DNA of 64,000 bases from Podospora anserina (Eukaryota): the NCBI GenBank assembly GCA_017654855.1, contig CM030332.1, positions 2,232,001 through 2,296,000 on the forward strand, written 5' to 3'. The position numbers and the translations under genes are program-made. This document shows, piece after piece, positions 37,915 through 49,568 of the stretch. Each line of letters starts with the position of its first letter. The stretch's first letter is position 1. Under the pieces are notes generated by a model. That model was given only the letters and a program-made list of their open reading frames with translations. It was not told the origin of the DNA and ran no database searches.

Positions 37915-38961
37915 ATGGCGGCAGTATACCAAGACATCTACTCTGAAGACGAGCTCTCCATGCTCCTAGCTCGTCAGTTGAACTTCAACAATCCCTTACC
38001 AGCACAACCGGAGCAAGTCCCAGAACCCGTGGCCGTCGCAGCGCCACAACCAGTCCAGGCTCCCAAGATAGTCTACATCTCCCAGCACTACAACCACTCG
38101 GCAGCCCACCTGGCCAAACAAAAGGAGCAACAGCAACAACAACAAGAAACCCCAGTCCGACCCTCCTCGGAGCCCCCCCAAAGCGAACACGCGGCCATCG
38201 AGCGTGTCCTCCGTGAATACTCGGTCGATTCAACCAACCTCTCCCCCGCCCAGTTCCACCTCTTCAAAACCGTCGACGACCCCCAACGCATGCACTTGAT
38301 CGAACTCTGGCGCGCCTGCCCCCCACCCCCCCAACACCCCTCAGATGTAGACTACAACTCCACCACCTCCCTAGACCAGGAAGAAGCACTCGCTCGAATG
38401 CGCTGGGAGCAGGCCCAGCAAGACGAAATGGAAGCCGAACTCCAGGCTCAGCTCGAGCACGAGTACCAGATCCAAATGGAGGAGCAGCAACGACAGCAAC
38501 AACAAGGGCAGCGACAGCAGGAAATGATCATCTCGTTGGATGGGACCCCCTTGACGCCAGTTCAGGTGGGAGATGGTAGGTGGATCCAGACGACGGCAGA
38601 GTATGGGGATATGGAACCTTACATGGCGACTGGGTATCAGGAGGAGCTGGCGAGACGTGAGTATGAAGAATCTGCTAGGCGGGCGCTACTTTTGGCTGAG
38701 CCATATGAAAAGGACATGATGAGCGGGCCGTACAGCCAGTTTGGGCCTGCGCTCGTCCAACCAGGGGGTGTCATCGGTACTGGGACGGGTGGTAGTAGCG
38801 AGGCTAAGAGGGCGACGGACCCGGTGTACAAGTCCGTCGGGGTGGACTGGGCGGCAATTCGGAGGAGGGAGGAGGAGTACCAGATGAGCATGTCGGAGCA
38901 GTATGGGAGGTTGATGCTGGCTAGGGGGGTGGAGGATGAGGAGGATGAGGAGATGTTGTGA
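37915..38961 (+). CDS. conserved hypothetical protein (Gln/Glu rich)
   Basis: 348-aa single-exon ORF with strong ATG context, preceded by a 5'-UTR intron acceptor (GCTAAC..TACAG at about 37887). Motifs IVYISQHYNHS, QRMHLIELWR, EPYMATGY, ATDPVY. Confidence 0.85.
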   Translation: MAAVYQDIYSEDELSMLLARQLNFNNPLPAQPEQVPEPVAVAAPQPVQAPKIVYISQHYNHSAAHLAKQKEQQQQQQETPVRPSSEPPQSEHAAIERVLREYSVDSTNLSPAQFHLFKTVDDPQRMHLIELWRACPPPPQHPSDVDYNSTTSLDQEEALARMRWEQAQQDEMEAELQAQLEHEYQIQMEEQQRQQQQGQRQQEMIISLDGTPLTPVQVGDGRWIQTTAEYGDMEPYMATGYQEELARREYEESARRALLLAEPYEKDMMSGPYSQFGPALVQPGGVIGTGTGGSSEAKRATDPVYKSVGVDWAAIRRREEEYQMSMSEQYGRLMLARGVEDEEDEEML

Positions 38962-39590
38962 GTTTTGATTACGTTGAGATATTGGTATGTGGCTCGGGTT
39001 CCGGGTCGGGAAAGAGTTCTGTCGGTCATCGGATCTCGGAGGAGGGACTGTGATGGATCTTGCATAAGCATTGTTTGTGGCGATTGGTGTTGATTTATTA
39101 GAATGCAGAAGATGGCGAGCTGAATCTGATCATTTGATATCGAAGAGTATGTGAGGGTTGCTGGCTGGGTCAGTGGCTTGTTTGTGATACTTGATCGTTG
39201 CAAATGTATTGGTTTGCTTGAGCGATCTGTGCCTTTCGACGGACCGGGACTAGGAACCAAGAGCTGAAGTCGAAGCCTGTCAGGAGGGTAAACTGGAGTA
39301 CTCCGCTCGGTCAATGACACAGAGGTTCTTGCCTCATAGGAACTTTGGCCTTGGTCTTGGCTGATGGTGGCTTGACTTGAAGACGAAGCTACCTTACCTT
39401 CTTGATTCGGATGTTCTGTTTGAGGCAAAAAATTGTTCATGTCTGAGAGCAATCGAAGGCGAGATGTCGAGACATAAAGGCACAAGATTTGAAGGCTTCG
39501 CACATTTTGAATAACCAAACGAGTTACCTCTCTGCTATTGTTTTGTGTACTTTTCAGACAGCGTCGCCAGCACTGTACACCTGCAACAAA

Positions 39591-40294
39591 ATGGTTCGCC
39601 TTCTAGCTATTTTCTTTTCCGCTCTTACATTCATGGGCGTATCTGCGCAAACACCAGGAACAACCGGCCAATATGTTCTCGACACTATCGCCGCACTGCA
39701 AGCCAACGCTACCAAACTTCAGATCGAGGCACAGAAGCTCAATTCTCTTAGCTGTGCCCAGTATCTCACTCGCACTGGTCCCTTCACAGCAATTCTTCCA
39801 ATCTTGGAGGACATCAAGGCCGGTTTGCTTGTCGCTAATCCAGTGATGCGCTCACTCACCCCCCTGAACGATTCAGTCTGCACTTCAGCCGACTTCGCAG
39901 TCTCTACAAGCATTACAGCCAAGCTTGGAGGGTGACGTCGTCTTTCGTACGCAGTCTTACCAGGCTGAGCGGCAAGGGACAGCTCAATGCCTGCTCCCTA
40001 GTCCCGTCTGCTGGACAGGCTATTCGCACGCCTCTGGAGCAGTTGAGCGTTGTTGTTCTGGTGAGTTGATTCTCAATACACCTTTTCTTGTCCGGTTTCA
40101 ACGATCACCAGTAAAATACGCATCACTTATCGGAAGCAGCGCTGACCTTGTTACAATCACAGGAGTTTTACCTCAGTATATTTCCACTCACACCTTTCCA
40201 GGGAGACCCGCAGGCAGTGCAATACAACACGGTTCAGGAGCTGCTTGCTCTTGCTATTGCGGCGTATTCTCCGGTTGTTGGAATTCTTCCGTAA
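39591..40294 (+). pseudogene. secreted-protein array copy A (one frameshift)
   Basis: Signal peptide ending VSA then Q; LSC..Y..GPF..ILP.L; PLNDS; frameshift at GGAGGG about 39930; LNAC; intron 40061-40162; exon 2 EFYL..LAIAAY. Confidence 0.8.
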
Positions 40295-40780
40295 ATCAAA
40301 ACATCGGCATATGGTGAGGGAAGGATATTGATTGTAACTACACGCTTCCATGGCATTCTAGCCACATAGGGGGTACATTGAGTACCCAGTTAACATTATG
40401 AAAGCGAAATATTATTTGCCATCTTTATTATCACAATGCTTTGTCTTAACCGTGGAATTGGCCAATCTTTGGAAGGCGCTGCCCTCCTACCTACCTGCCT
40501 ACCTGGGTAGTTTGTCCGCTCTCCCATGTGGGATGACGCTCGCGACGGCCAACCAACAACACTTCCACAGCATGTTGGGGATTGACCTCTTATTTCCACG
40601 CCAAAACATTATCCGACACTATTTTGCGCCTTTTCTTCAAGGTACACAAGAGACGGGAGTCAGTAGCGTTATTCATGCGGTCGATGATGGGAAATCTGCA
40701 AAGATCTGTCTCGGATGTCTGCAATCGCCCTCCAGCGTCTTGGTGGCTTCGGAAAGGAAAGTTCCAGACCCGAATCAATC

Positions 40781-41323
40781 ATGATCGTGTGCATATCTAC
40801 TTTCTCGCCTTCGGCTGTTGTCATCACAAGTGTCCTATCGAAAGCCTCACCAGATGCCCAACACCTACGTTCTCGACAGCATCGCGGCTTTACAAGGCGA
40901 CACCACCAGACTTGAAGCTCCCAACACTTTCAGCTGCCCTCTTTACCTGCCTAGGTATGTTATCAGACAAGGGCCCTTTACCAAAGTTATCCCTCTCGTG
41001 AAAGACTTGGAACACTGCTCGCTTCCGGCCCAACAATCAACACTTTCAGGCCCTTGAACGAAACGATCCCGGCCGATCTGGCGAAATCCCAAGAGATCTT
41101 AAGGGTCAAACGGCCTGCACCACCTACCTTTCCAGGAACCTCGAGTCAAAGGTACCTAGGAAAGCATCAAATATTCGCGGGTTGGGTAGGCTTCTGTCCC
41201 ACACACACTCAAAGCCACCAATTCGAGGTTTTCGTCTATGATGGTCACGGGTGCATCTTTGAGATACCCACAGATCTACCAACCGGCTCGGTGGCTTTCG
41301 TGAGACTTCAGCCCGGCCAGTAG
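40781..41323 (+). pseudogene. secreted-protein array copy B (decayed)
   Basis: Fragments ASPDA, YVLDSIAALQGDTTRL, FSC.LY..QGPFTKVIPLV and LNETIPAD in shifting frames; closest to copy A. Confidence 0.75.
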
Positions 41324-41662
41324 AGTCTTTTGCTTAGCAAATTGTGCCCCCCAAACCAGTATGAGGGGATACTGACTGATAGAGGGCCGTTTCTCCAGTC
41401 TCCAGTGGCGAGGTTGGTAAGGTATGTCGGGAAACCTGATTTCATGTCTCAAGAATTTCGGAAGAGGTAAAACATCGAATACTGGGCAGATCGACTATTG
41501 ATTCGAGAGTCTGCGATGCGTCTATAAGAAGCCCTAGACCTCTTGACACAACCGACTGCTTCACTTCTGTGGATCACAACGAATTGAAACATCATCCTAT
41601 CGACAATTTCACGGGACCGACTTATTTTGCCTTCGCCTTCCGCAGTAACCCCCCAAGCAAAG

Positions 41663-42342
41663 ATGACCCGTCTTTTGACTGTTTTCTTGTCTGCCCTTGC
41701 CGCCGTGGGCTGTGTCTCAGCACAGGCGTCCCCAAACGCGCAAACTGCGGTCGACAAGACTCGCGAATACTTCAACGAAGCTCTTGCTCTCCGAGCTCAG
41801 ACTGATGAAATCGGTACTCTCAGCTGTGTTGAGTACGCCTTGAACATGGGGCCCTACACCAAGATTGTGCCCACTTTGGAAAGGATCAAGGGAATTTTCG
41901 ATGCCTACAAGCAAATTGTCAACTTTCAGCCTCCACTGAACCTCAGTATTCCGGAAGAGGCCGCCGCAGGCAACAATATTGTATACTTCCTGGGTGCGGC
42001 AACCATCGAAATTGGTGAAGCCTTCGACAGAATGACCAAGACGGGGACAGCTAATCTCTGCACTCTCCCGATGCTGGGAACTAAGATCAAGAAGGCTTTG
42101 CAGGATGTGAAGGCGGTTTCCAGGGTAAGCTGTTTTACCCTCGTCCCATTATTTTCCTCGGTGTTTTTGGGAAGTGTGGACAATGTGCTGACAGGTGTTT
42201 CTCAACTTTTATGTAGCCGTTTTACTTGTCCCTTGCGTCTTTTCATCTTACTGAAGCACAGGATATTGGAGGATCATTGTTCTCTTTCGAGAGCAATATT
42301 GAGGCAGCCATCCAGGCTTATTCAAGCCCTATTCCAGTTTGA
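41663..42342 (+). CDS. small secreted protein, array copy C (intact, 195 aa)
   Basis: Signal peptide MTRLLTVFLSALAAVGCVSA then Q; exon 1 41663-42124, intron 42125-42216, exon 2 42217-42342; TATAAG at about 41523. Confidence 0.9.
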
Positions 42343-42819
42343 TCGATAATTGTATGGGCGCGGAAAAACATATAGGGTGGTGGGGGGTGACAGGCGGGAC
42401 ACGAGACTTTAGGTTGTTGGACCTTTCGTTGTAGTTTTCGTTTCATATAAATTGCCTTCAAGGGGCCATTACCTGATAATATCTTGACAAATTGCCCAAT
42501 CACGTTGTAGGTCTCTTTTTGCTTGCGGATTAAGACAATCACCTAAGTTAAGGTACCTATCCGACGCAGCAGGTTGATGTCCGTGTCATTCCAACACATT
42601 AGATCGAATTCAGGGCCGAATCAGACCTCTTAGCACGCAAATAGACTTGTGATAATGACGGTGGCAAAATCAGTGGTGTTGGTCTCTGTACCAGGAATCA
42701 TGGCTGGGGACTGGCCTTGCTCTAGGGTAGTCATTGAAGGGATTTCAAATGGGCTTCAGTCTGTGTTACCCCAGGCGGGACTTTCGCTCCGAAGTGTCTT
42801 TCATGGTGCGATAACTGCC

Positions 42820-43250
42820 AGGTACCTAGAATTCGGGCCGGAAATCGAAGGGCGTCAGCCACTCAATAAGACTGACCTGGCGGCTATGACCGCTGAGCTA
42901 TCTTGACTTATATTGGCAGAGCAACTCTCCAAGTGAACGACGCTTTGGATGCCATGATCGAGCTAGGAGGCTTGATTAATCTCTGTTCTGTCGCCCCAAA
43001 CCTTGGAGAGGGGATGAGTGATGTCTTGAGGGAAGTTCAGATCTACGTTTCGATGAGTCTTCACAGATACTTTCGTGCACCATTGAGAAATCCACAGAGA
43101 ACCCCAGCTGCACATGGAAAGGTTCCTGCGGTCTTGCAGCCAACATCATCAAGGATGTTGATATTTTCTTGTTGTATAGGGCCTCATAATGGTACAATAA
43201 ACCGGTGGCTGACCTCCCGACGGCAAAGGGGGGTGATAAAGACGCATGGA
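42820..43250 (+). pseudogene. secreted-protein array copy D (5'-truncated relic)
   Basis: PLNKTD, frameshift, then YIGRATLQVNDALDAM..GGLINLCSVAPNLG..VLREVQ. The intron donor appears mutated to ATGAGT at 43053; closest to copy E. Confidence 0.7.
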
Positions 43251-43919
43251 TACTGACTGGTTTTAGAACACAAAACTGTCCTGACTTCCATGTTATTTCG
43301 CTAGTAATGTCTAAGCCGGTAATGCTGTACAAACCTCTTCTGTCAATGACATCTACATGCCTACTTTCGTGCCGAAACAACTCACAGCCGGCTTTTTCTC
43401 GCTTAAGTGAGTCGGTGGCGGCTTTTGTGATACTTGATTACGAGTGATCTATTAGTCTGCTGAGCAATCGCCTCTTCGCGAGAGAAGTAGAGTTCGATTT
43501 ACGGAAGTTGAGACCAGAATCGAAAAGCGGAAAGAAGGATCATCGTGCGTGGGAGAAGTGTCACGGCTGCTGAATACTTGGATTCCCACCACATTGCACC
43601 TTCCACTTGGGATAAGCAGCCACTTGATCATAGAGATCAAGACTGCACAGATGATTGGCCTTGATTATGACTTGTGTGGTTTACTTGGTGTTGCACCATT
43701 GATTTGGAGTGATGATATCGGAAGTGGGAAGTTTCGGATAAGGGCAGGAGCTTCAACTACCTTTTTGCAGAACGGATATTTTGTTGCCGACACCGAAAGA
43801 AACTTCTCTGAAGAGCCGTCATCATTCAACATAAGCAGGTAGCTTAGTACAGTCAACTTATCAGGTTTCCTGCGAAACATCAGTGGTCAAATCTTTCAAA
43901 TTGCTGTATACAAACAAAA

Positions 43920-44606
43920 ATGGCCCGCCTCATGTTGCTACTGCTTTCAGCTATTGCCGCTGTAGGAATCTCCGCACAGTCAATGGCCGATGCAGAGTAC
44001 GTTCTGGACAGCACTGATTCATATACAGGGTTGCTTCTGTTCGCCTCAGAGACGAAGCCCAGAGCATCGACAGTTTGAGCTGTGTTCTATATCGTCTCAA
44101 CATGGGCGCCTACGCTAAGATCATCCCTATCCTGAACGAGCTTGCCGATGATTTCGCCGAAGAAGGTGTCGAGATCAGCAAATTCAAGCCGGCGCTCGAT
44201 CCAGAGGACCCAACCAACGTGACAACGGGCAACGATATTGAGAACAACGTCGGCAGAGCAACCAACGCATTGCGTGATGCATTTCAAGCGATTGCTAATG
44301 GTGGTGGGGCCATCAACCTGTGCGCGGTAGCCCCTCCTATTGGTAAAGACATTAGCACGGCATTGAAGGAGTTGAAGCAGGCTGCTGTTGTGAGTTTTAA
44401 ATTCCCCGCTGTCTTTGGTGTCTACACGTAGTACCTTACCATGGAGATTACTGACTCTTGCTTTAAACCTTCATCTTAGACATATTACTTTGCCATCATT
44501 AACTACAACCCCATTGGACAACCTGGTGTAACAACGGGCATACCTTTCATTCAATTCCGGCATTGATGCTGCAATCGAGGCATCCGACGGTCTTATAGAA
44601 TTATAG
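43920..44606 (+). pseudogene. secreted-protein array copy E (two small frameshifts)
   Basis: Signal peptide MARLMLLLLSAIAAVGISA then Q; frameshift at CAGGG about 44028; LSCVLYRLNMGAYAKIIPIL; INLCAVAP; intron 44390-44479; second frameshift at ACGGGC about 44535; ends AAIEASDGLIEL*. Confidence 0.8.
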
Positions 44607-45738
44607 CAGGAAAGAAGCCAGGCAATGCCGATACTGACCTGTGGGGAGGAGGTGGTCAGTCGGTGCATGTTGACATTGAGAGGGTGTATCGTCTTGGTTC
44701 CCACAGTGCCTAGTGCTTGCTGGTTTCGATATATACAGACAATCTTCCAACTTATCTTTTAAAAAACCAATTTGCAAGCTCTTATCTGAGAGGCCCTATT
44801 GAAATCTAATCTTACGCGGTGGGTTAGCTGGTTTTATTCTTGATACGTCATAACAATATACCGAAACCTCTCGTGATGTAAATGGTCCCAGTCACCGTAC
44901 CTAGGTATCTTGCATATTGACGTATGTAGAATAGCGTTAGTCTATCCATAATTCTCCTGGGCGTCATTTTTTCTTTTTGGATGAGGGCAAGAAAGATAGC
45001 CAGGCGAATATGAAGTACCTATGAGAACAGTATCATAGGCGATTGTTGAAAAAACGCAACACATAACAACCCTCACTTGGCTAATGCCAGATGATGCAAT
45101 CAGAGTCAGAGCTCTCCCTGGATGTAAGCACCTAAGCAAGTCGGGCGAAGTATGAGACTAGGCTTGGTTTGGGCTGAATTTGTCTAACGCACCTGCAAAT
45201 CCTTGACCGTACCATTGTCCTGGGAATCTTGATTCCCACAGGGTAAGATGGCCTTGGGTCCTGAAGTTCCAAGTCCCATCCTTGATTTCGGGTAAGGGAC
45301 GTCCGAATGGAGTTACATGTAAGTAAGGCAATCTACATGCACAAAAGTTGTACTGCTTCCTACAATCAAGTTCAACAACCGGGTGTGGTGAGTCCCATTT
45401 GGATGAACGTCGAGATGTCTTGCCGAGAAAAATGGCGAACATGACCAAGGCTTCTCACACCCCTCCACCCCCTTTCGAAAACTGATTTTCAGCTTCAATT
45501 CCGATCGTGAAGATCTGGGGCGTCTTGTGTCCCCAGAGGCGTCGGAAACGAGAAGTCTCGGATGATGCCTCTTGTATCACCTTACCTGACTGATGGATAA
45601 CCAGACGCCCGATGGATCTCGAAGATGGCCAACAATAAATACCTGGACTCACCTGTTTCTATGCCTTCTTCTTTTGTCAGTAGGGTATTCTTAAGCCAGC
45701 ACGCCGTGCGTTTTTTTTTCACATCAAAAAACCTCAAG

Positions 45739-46414
45739 ATGGTTCAATTTTCAACCCTTTTGATCTCCGCCATCACCGCTGTAAGCGTCTCAGCACAGGC
45801 ACCACCCGAAGCCCAAGACACCATCACAAGGGTCTACAATTACTGGACTGATGCACTAGAGCTCCGAAGAGAAGTGGGGCAGGTCAATGACCTCAGTTGT
45901 CTCCTGTACACTCTCTTCGGGACGGGACCATTAGCAAAAGTCATTCCTATTCTGGATCGAGTTACGGCAAACTTTCTGGAGACTTCGCGGGCCGTCGTCA
46001 CCCTTGAAGCACTCAATGCCACCATTCCGGCCGAGGAAGAGGCCGGAAAGGAGATTGATAGCTACGTGGCCAAAGGGACTATCGAGATCACCGGGGCGTT
46101 CAGCAGATTATCTACAGCGAGTACCGTCAACACGTGCACTATCCCGGGCCTTGGGTCTGCAACCCTCACGGCTTTGAGGAATCTGAAAGTGGAGTCTCAG
46201 GTATTTTTCCACTCTCACTTCCTGTCCCTCCTCTCTTCCTGATTTTTGGTAGCTGTCTGTTTCATGCTGACTCTCGAAATTCTTTTAGCCATTCTACTAC
46301 GAAGTTCGAAATTATGTCCCTGCCCGGGCAGTCGAGATCGAACGTAATCTGGTCCTCTTCATGAATTCTATTGATGCCGTCATCGCAGAATTCGGAAGTG
46401 TCATTGACACCTGA
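45739..46414 (+). CDS. small secreted protein, array copy F (intact, 195 aa)
   Basis: Signal peptide MVQFSTLLISAITAVSVSA then Q; exon 1 45739-46200, intron 46201-46288, exon 2 46289-46414; exon lengths (462 + 126 nt) identical to copy C. Confidence 0.9.
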
Positions 46415-47675
46415 TGTGCAAAACATGTTTTATGTGGACTGGAGTATAACCGGTTTGCTTTTCGTTCAATTCTGGTCTTTTGGATGTCAATATTTCTTTA
46501 TCTAGAAATTGGGTTATTTTGTCGGATGAAATTCGTTACCATCTGACATGTGGGTGTTGTCATTTTTCCGGTTTCCTTCTCTTCACAGTTGTGGGATGGC
46601 TTGTATTAAAAGGGATGCACAAAGATTATTTAAATAAGTAGCTATATACAAGAAAACACCTTCCTTTAAAGCACTCCCAAGTGTGCTTTCATCTTCTGCC
46701 CACGACATCCGAGTCTGCTCTGTCATTCTTGACATCAACTGGAGCTCGATCATGCAAAGAGCAATCTTCTCTCATCTGCCCACACCCCCTGAGGGAAGAC
46801 TGTTAGTACCCCCCCAAATTTAGTATGGCAAATCCGGCCTCTCGACTACCGCTCTTAGCAGAAGCTCAGTATGCATGCGTCTTGTGCTCCTTCCACAGAA
46901 ACCAGTTTACCTCCATGGTCGCCTGCTTCTCAATGCTGTTGTAGACAGTCACGTCTCCTTGGCCTCGTCCCGAGTAATTGCCTTTGTAAAACTGCCCAGT
47001 CAGGAAAACTGAATTGGTGCTGCTTTCAGGTTGCCACTTGGGTGCACCTGACACACGGTCAGGTTGATGTCCAAGATGCTGACCACCTTCCTTCTGCCAA
47101 GCATTCCACCTTGCCAACTGTCAAAATCCAACTTGCTGTTGACTGTGATTAATTAACCCACTGAACTACCACTGCACAATCCAAACCAAAGGCCACGAGT
47201 TTAACCTAACTTAGCTTATGTGATTTATTGCTTGTGCCTGCCTTGAATCGGTAACCATCAATAAAACATCCACACAAGACGACGACACAGGGCGATATTT
47301 GATGGTTGACTTTTTGATGTATGCAACTGCATGCCTAGCTTCTCATCGCAGGGGACCTTTGCCCGCATGATATGTGCATCCGCAAGGTTGCCCGACATAC
47401 CGTGGCCCGTTACGATAGGCTACTTGCTACCACTATAAGCTGCGCTGCCACTGGGCAGTGCAGAAAGAGCCTCATCTCTCGTCCCACTTTGTCATCTGAA
47501 ATCGTCGGCCAGCTGAGGAGAACGTACGTATGAAACCATTCATTCAAAACCTTCATTTTAGAACAAGTCAACCTTGTTCGTCATTTTCAATGAACAACAT
47601 TTGTCTGATTGTGGCTATCTCGCATGGTTGCCATTGAGGACCGGTGATAGGCAAAACATGACATTGAAACCAAAA

Positions 47676-49437
47676 ATGAGAATACTCCAGCCCTGTAAGT
47701 AGTCGTGACCTGAAGGATGGCTGGGCTCGGGTACTGATTTGCCTCAAGCCCTGGGAGGGAGGGAATGGACAACAAGCACATCTAATTTTAACCCCGAAAG
47801 TGTAAGTCAATCTTCTGTCTCATTTGATGCCACTGTCGAGTGTTTGGGTGAGCTAACCAAAACTCCCAGATAAATCTTCCCCAACAATGTTATGTGTGAG
47901 TGCTCCCATATTTTCCATGATAGCAACATGGTGTCTAAACTCCATTCCAGCTTCCTAGACCATAACAACTACCCCGACATAGGCTCACGTCGCGACCGAG
48001 CTCTAGAGCATTTCCAAGTCCCTGCTTTTGTTGGCACTAAGACCTGTTTTGACCTGAATGGCTTCTTTGGCAGCCAGGTAACCTATGACGAGACCTCCTC
48101 CCAAAAGCGCATGATCGGACTTAGTAACTTGCCCCTTCTCTTTTGTTCATTCGTCTTGCTCCCCAGCTAATGAGCTGTTTAAGCAACATGGTTCCGCGTC
48201 CTGTTCAAAATGGTCCAAAAAGTCGAGGAAGCCCATGACAACCTCCCCGAGTACGCCACCAGTGGCGAGAAAGGCTACAATTGGTTTGAAACAACTATTT
48301 TTACCCGATGGGACTACCCAGACAAGCACCAGGTTTTAATTGTCGACACACCTTCGGACTTCCCTGAGCAACTTATTTGCCTTCTTCAAAAAGCGTCACT
48401 ATCGGGGCAAATCAACTTTCACGATCCCTTGGCAATGCACACCAGTCTCATCGATCAGATAATCGTGTATTCCGACATCTCTGTCTGGCGGATCCGAGAC
48501 CCGGTCCGTCAAATGGAGAAGGTGGGTGCCTCTTATCAGTAGACGACCATTATATTCTCCCCATGGCTGACAGTCTGTTTCTCCTGTAGAGTCGCATGCG
48601 AACCGGCGCCATCTTCAGTGAGGTCCACGAGATGTCCCGTCACGCCATCCATTCCTCGGAAGTTCTTGAAGCGACCATTGACACCCTCAAAGACTTGCAA
48701 AGATGCCGAATGATGATTCACGACTCTTTCCCATCCCGGCCTCCTCCCATGGCAGCAGCCACTTCTGCTTCCAGAGAGGCGACAACCCCAATTTACTTGA
48801 CACAAACTTACAAAGACCAGGCCATCCAATATGCACAGTTCCAAATCTCTCTACTCAAAAACTTGAAACTACGGGCCGACAGTAACAGGGAACGACTCAA
48901 GAATGAGATCAACACGGTCAGCTGAGCCTTGTTCACATTGGAGGCATATAGCATCAAGAAACTTTCCACTGACCAAAAATCCAAACAGGCCTTCAACAAC
49001 CTCACCATGCAAGACAACTCGGTCCTCAAGAGCATAGCCCTTCTCACCATGGTCTTCCTCCCAGCAACATTCTTCTCCGTAAGCCCCCTCCCACCCCTTC
49101 AAGCTAAACCACGCTTATTAACTACCAAAATCAGTCCCTCTTCAGCACAACCTTTTTCAACTACGGCGATGACGGGGAGTGGCAGGTATCGGGGAAAATG
49201 TGGATTTATTGGGTCACCACCCTCCCGGCGACGATCCTCATTGTTATTCTTTGGAGGGTGTGGCTCGGAAACAGTGATGCTATTGTTGCTGGTTGGAAAC
49301 GAGTGAAGAAATGGACATTAGAAGATCAGGGGTGGAAGGGGTTGTGGAGGGGGGCTGGGAACACGAAGGAGCAGATGGTGAAGGAGGAGGGCACGGAGAT
49401 GGGTCATGTTGTTGGTAAAAATGTTCGTACTTTTTGA
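47676..49437 (+). CDS. CorA-like transmembrane protein (fungal CorA-related family)
   Basis: Eight-exon model with introns 47695-47748, 47802-47869, 47896-47950, 48124-48183, 48522-48589, 48917-48988 and 49079-49134, all in frame. RL.NEIN.AFN..QDNSVLKSIALLTMVFLPATFFSSLFSTTFF..WIYWVTTLPAT forms a C-terminal two-TM module; no GMN motif. Confidence 0.8.
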
Positions 49438-49568
49438 TGTTGAAAGAGTTTCAGCTAGGATTTGGTTAGACAGATTCTCATAGGAGTGGTTACCTAGGCT
49501 GATTTGTATTTCGTTTACCTAGGGGTCCCTTATATGACAACAATACACCCAGGCATGGTGAGTTCCCC

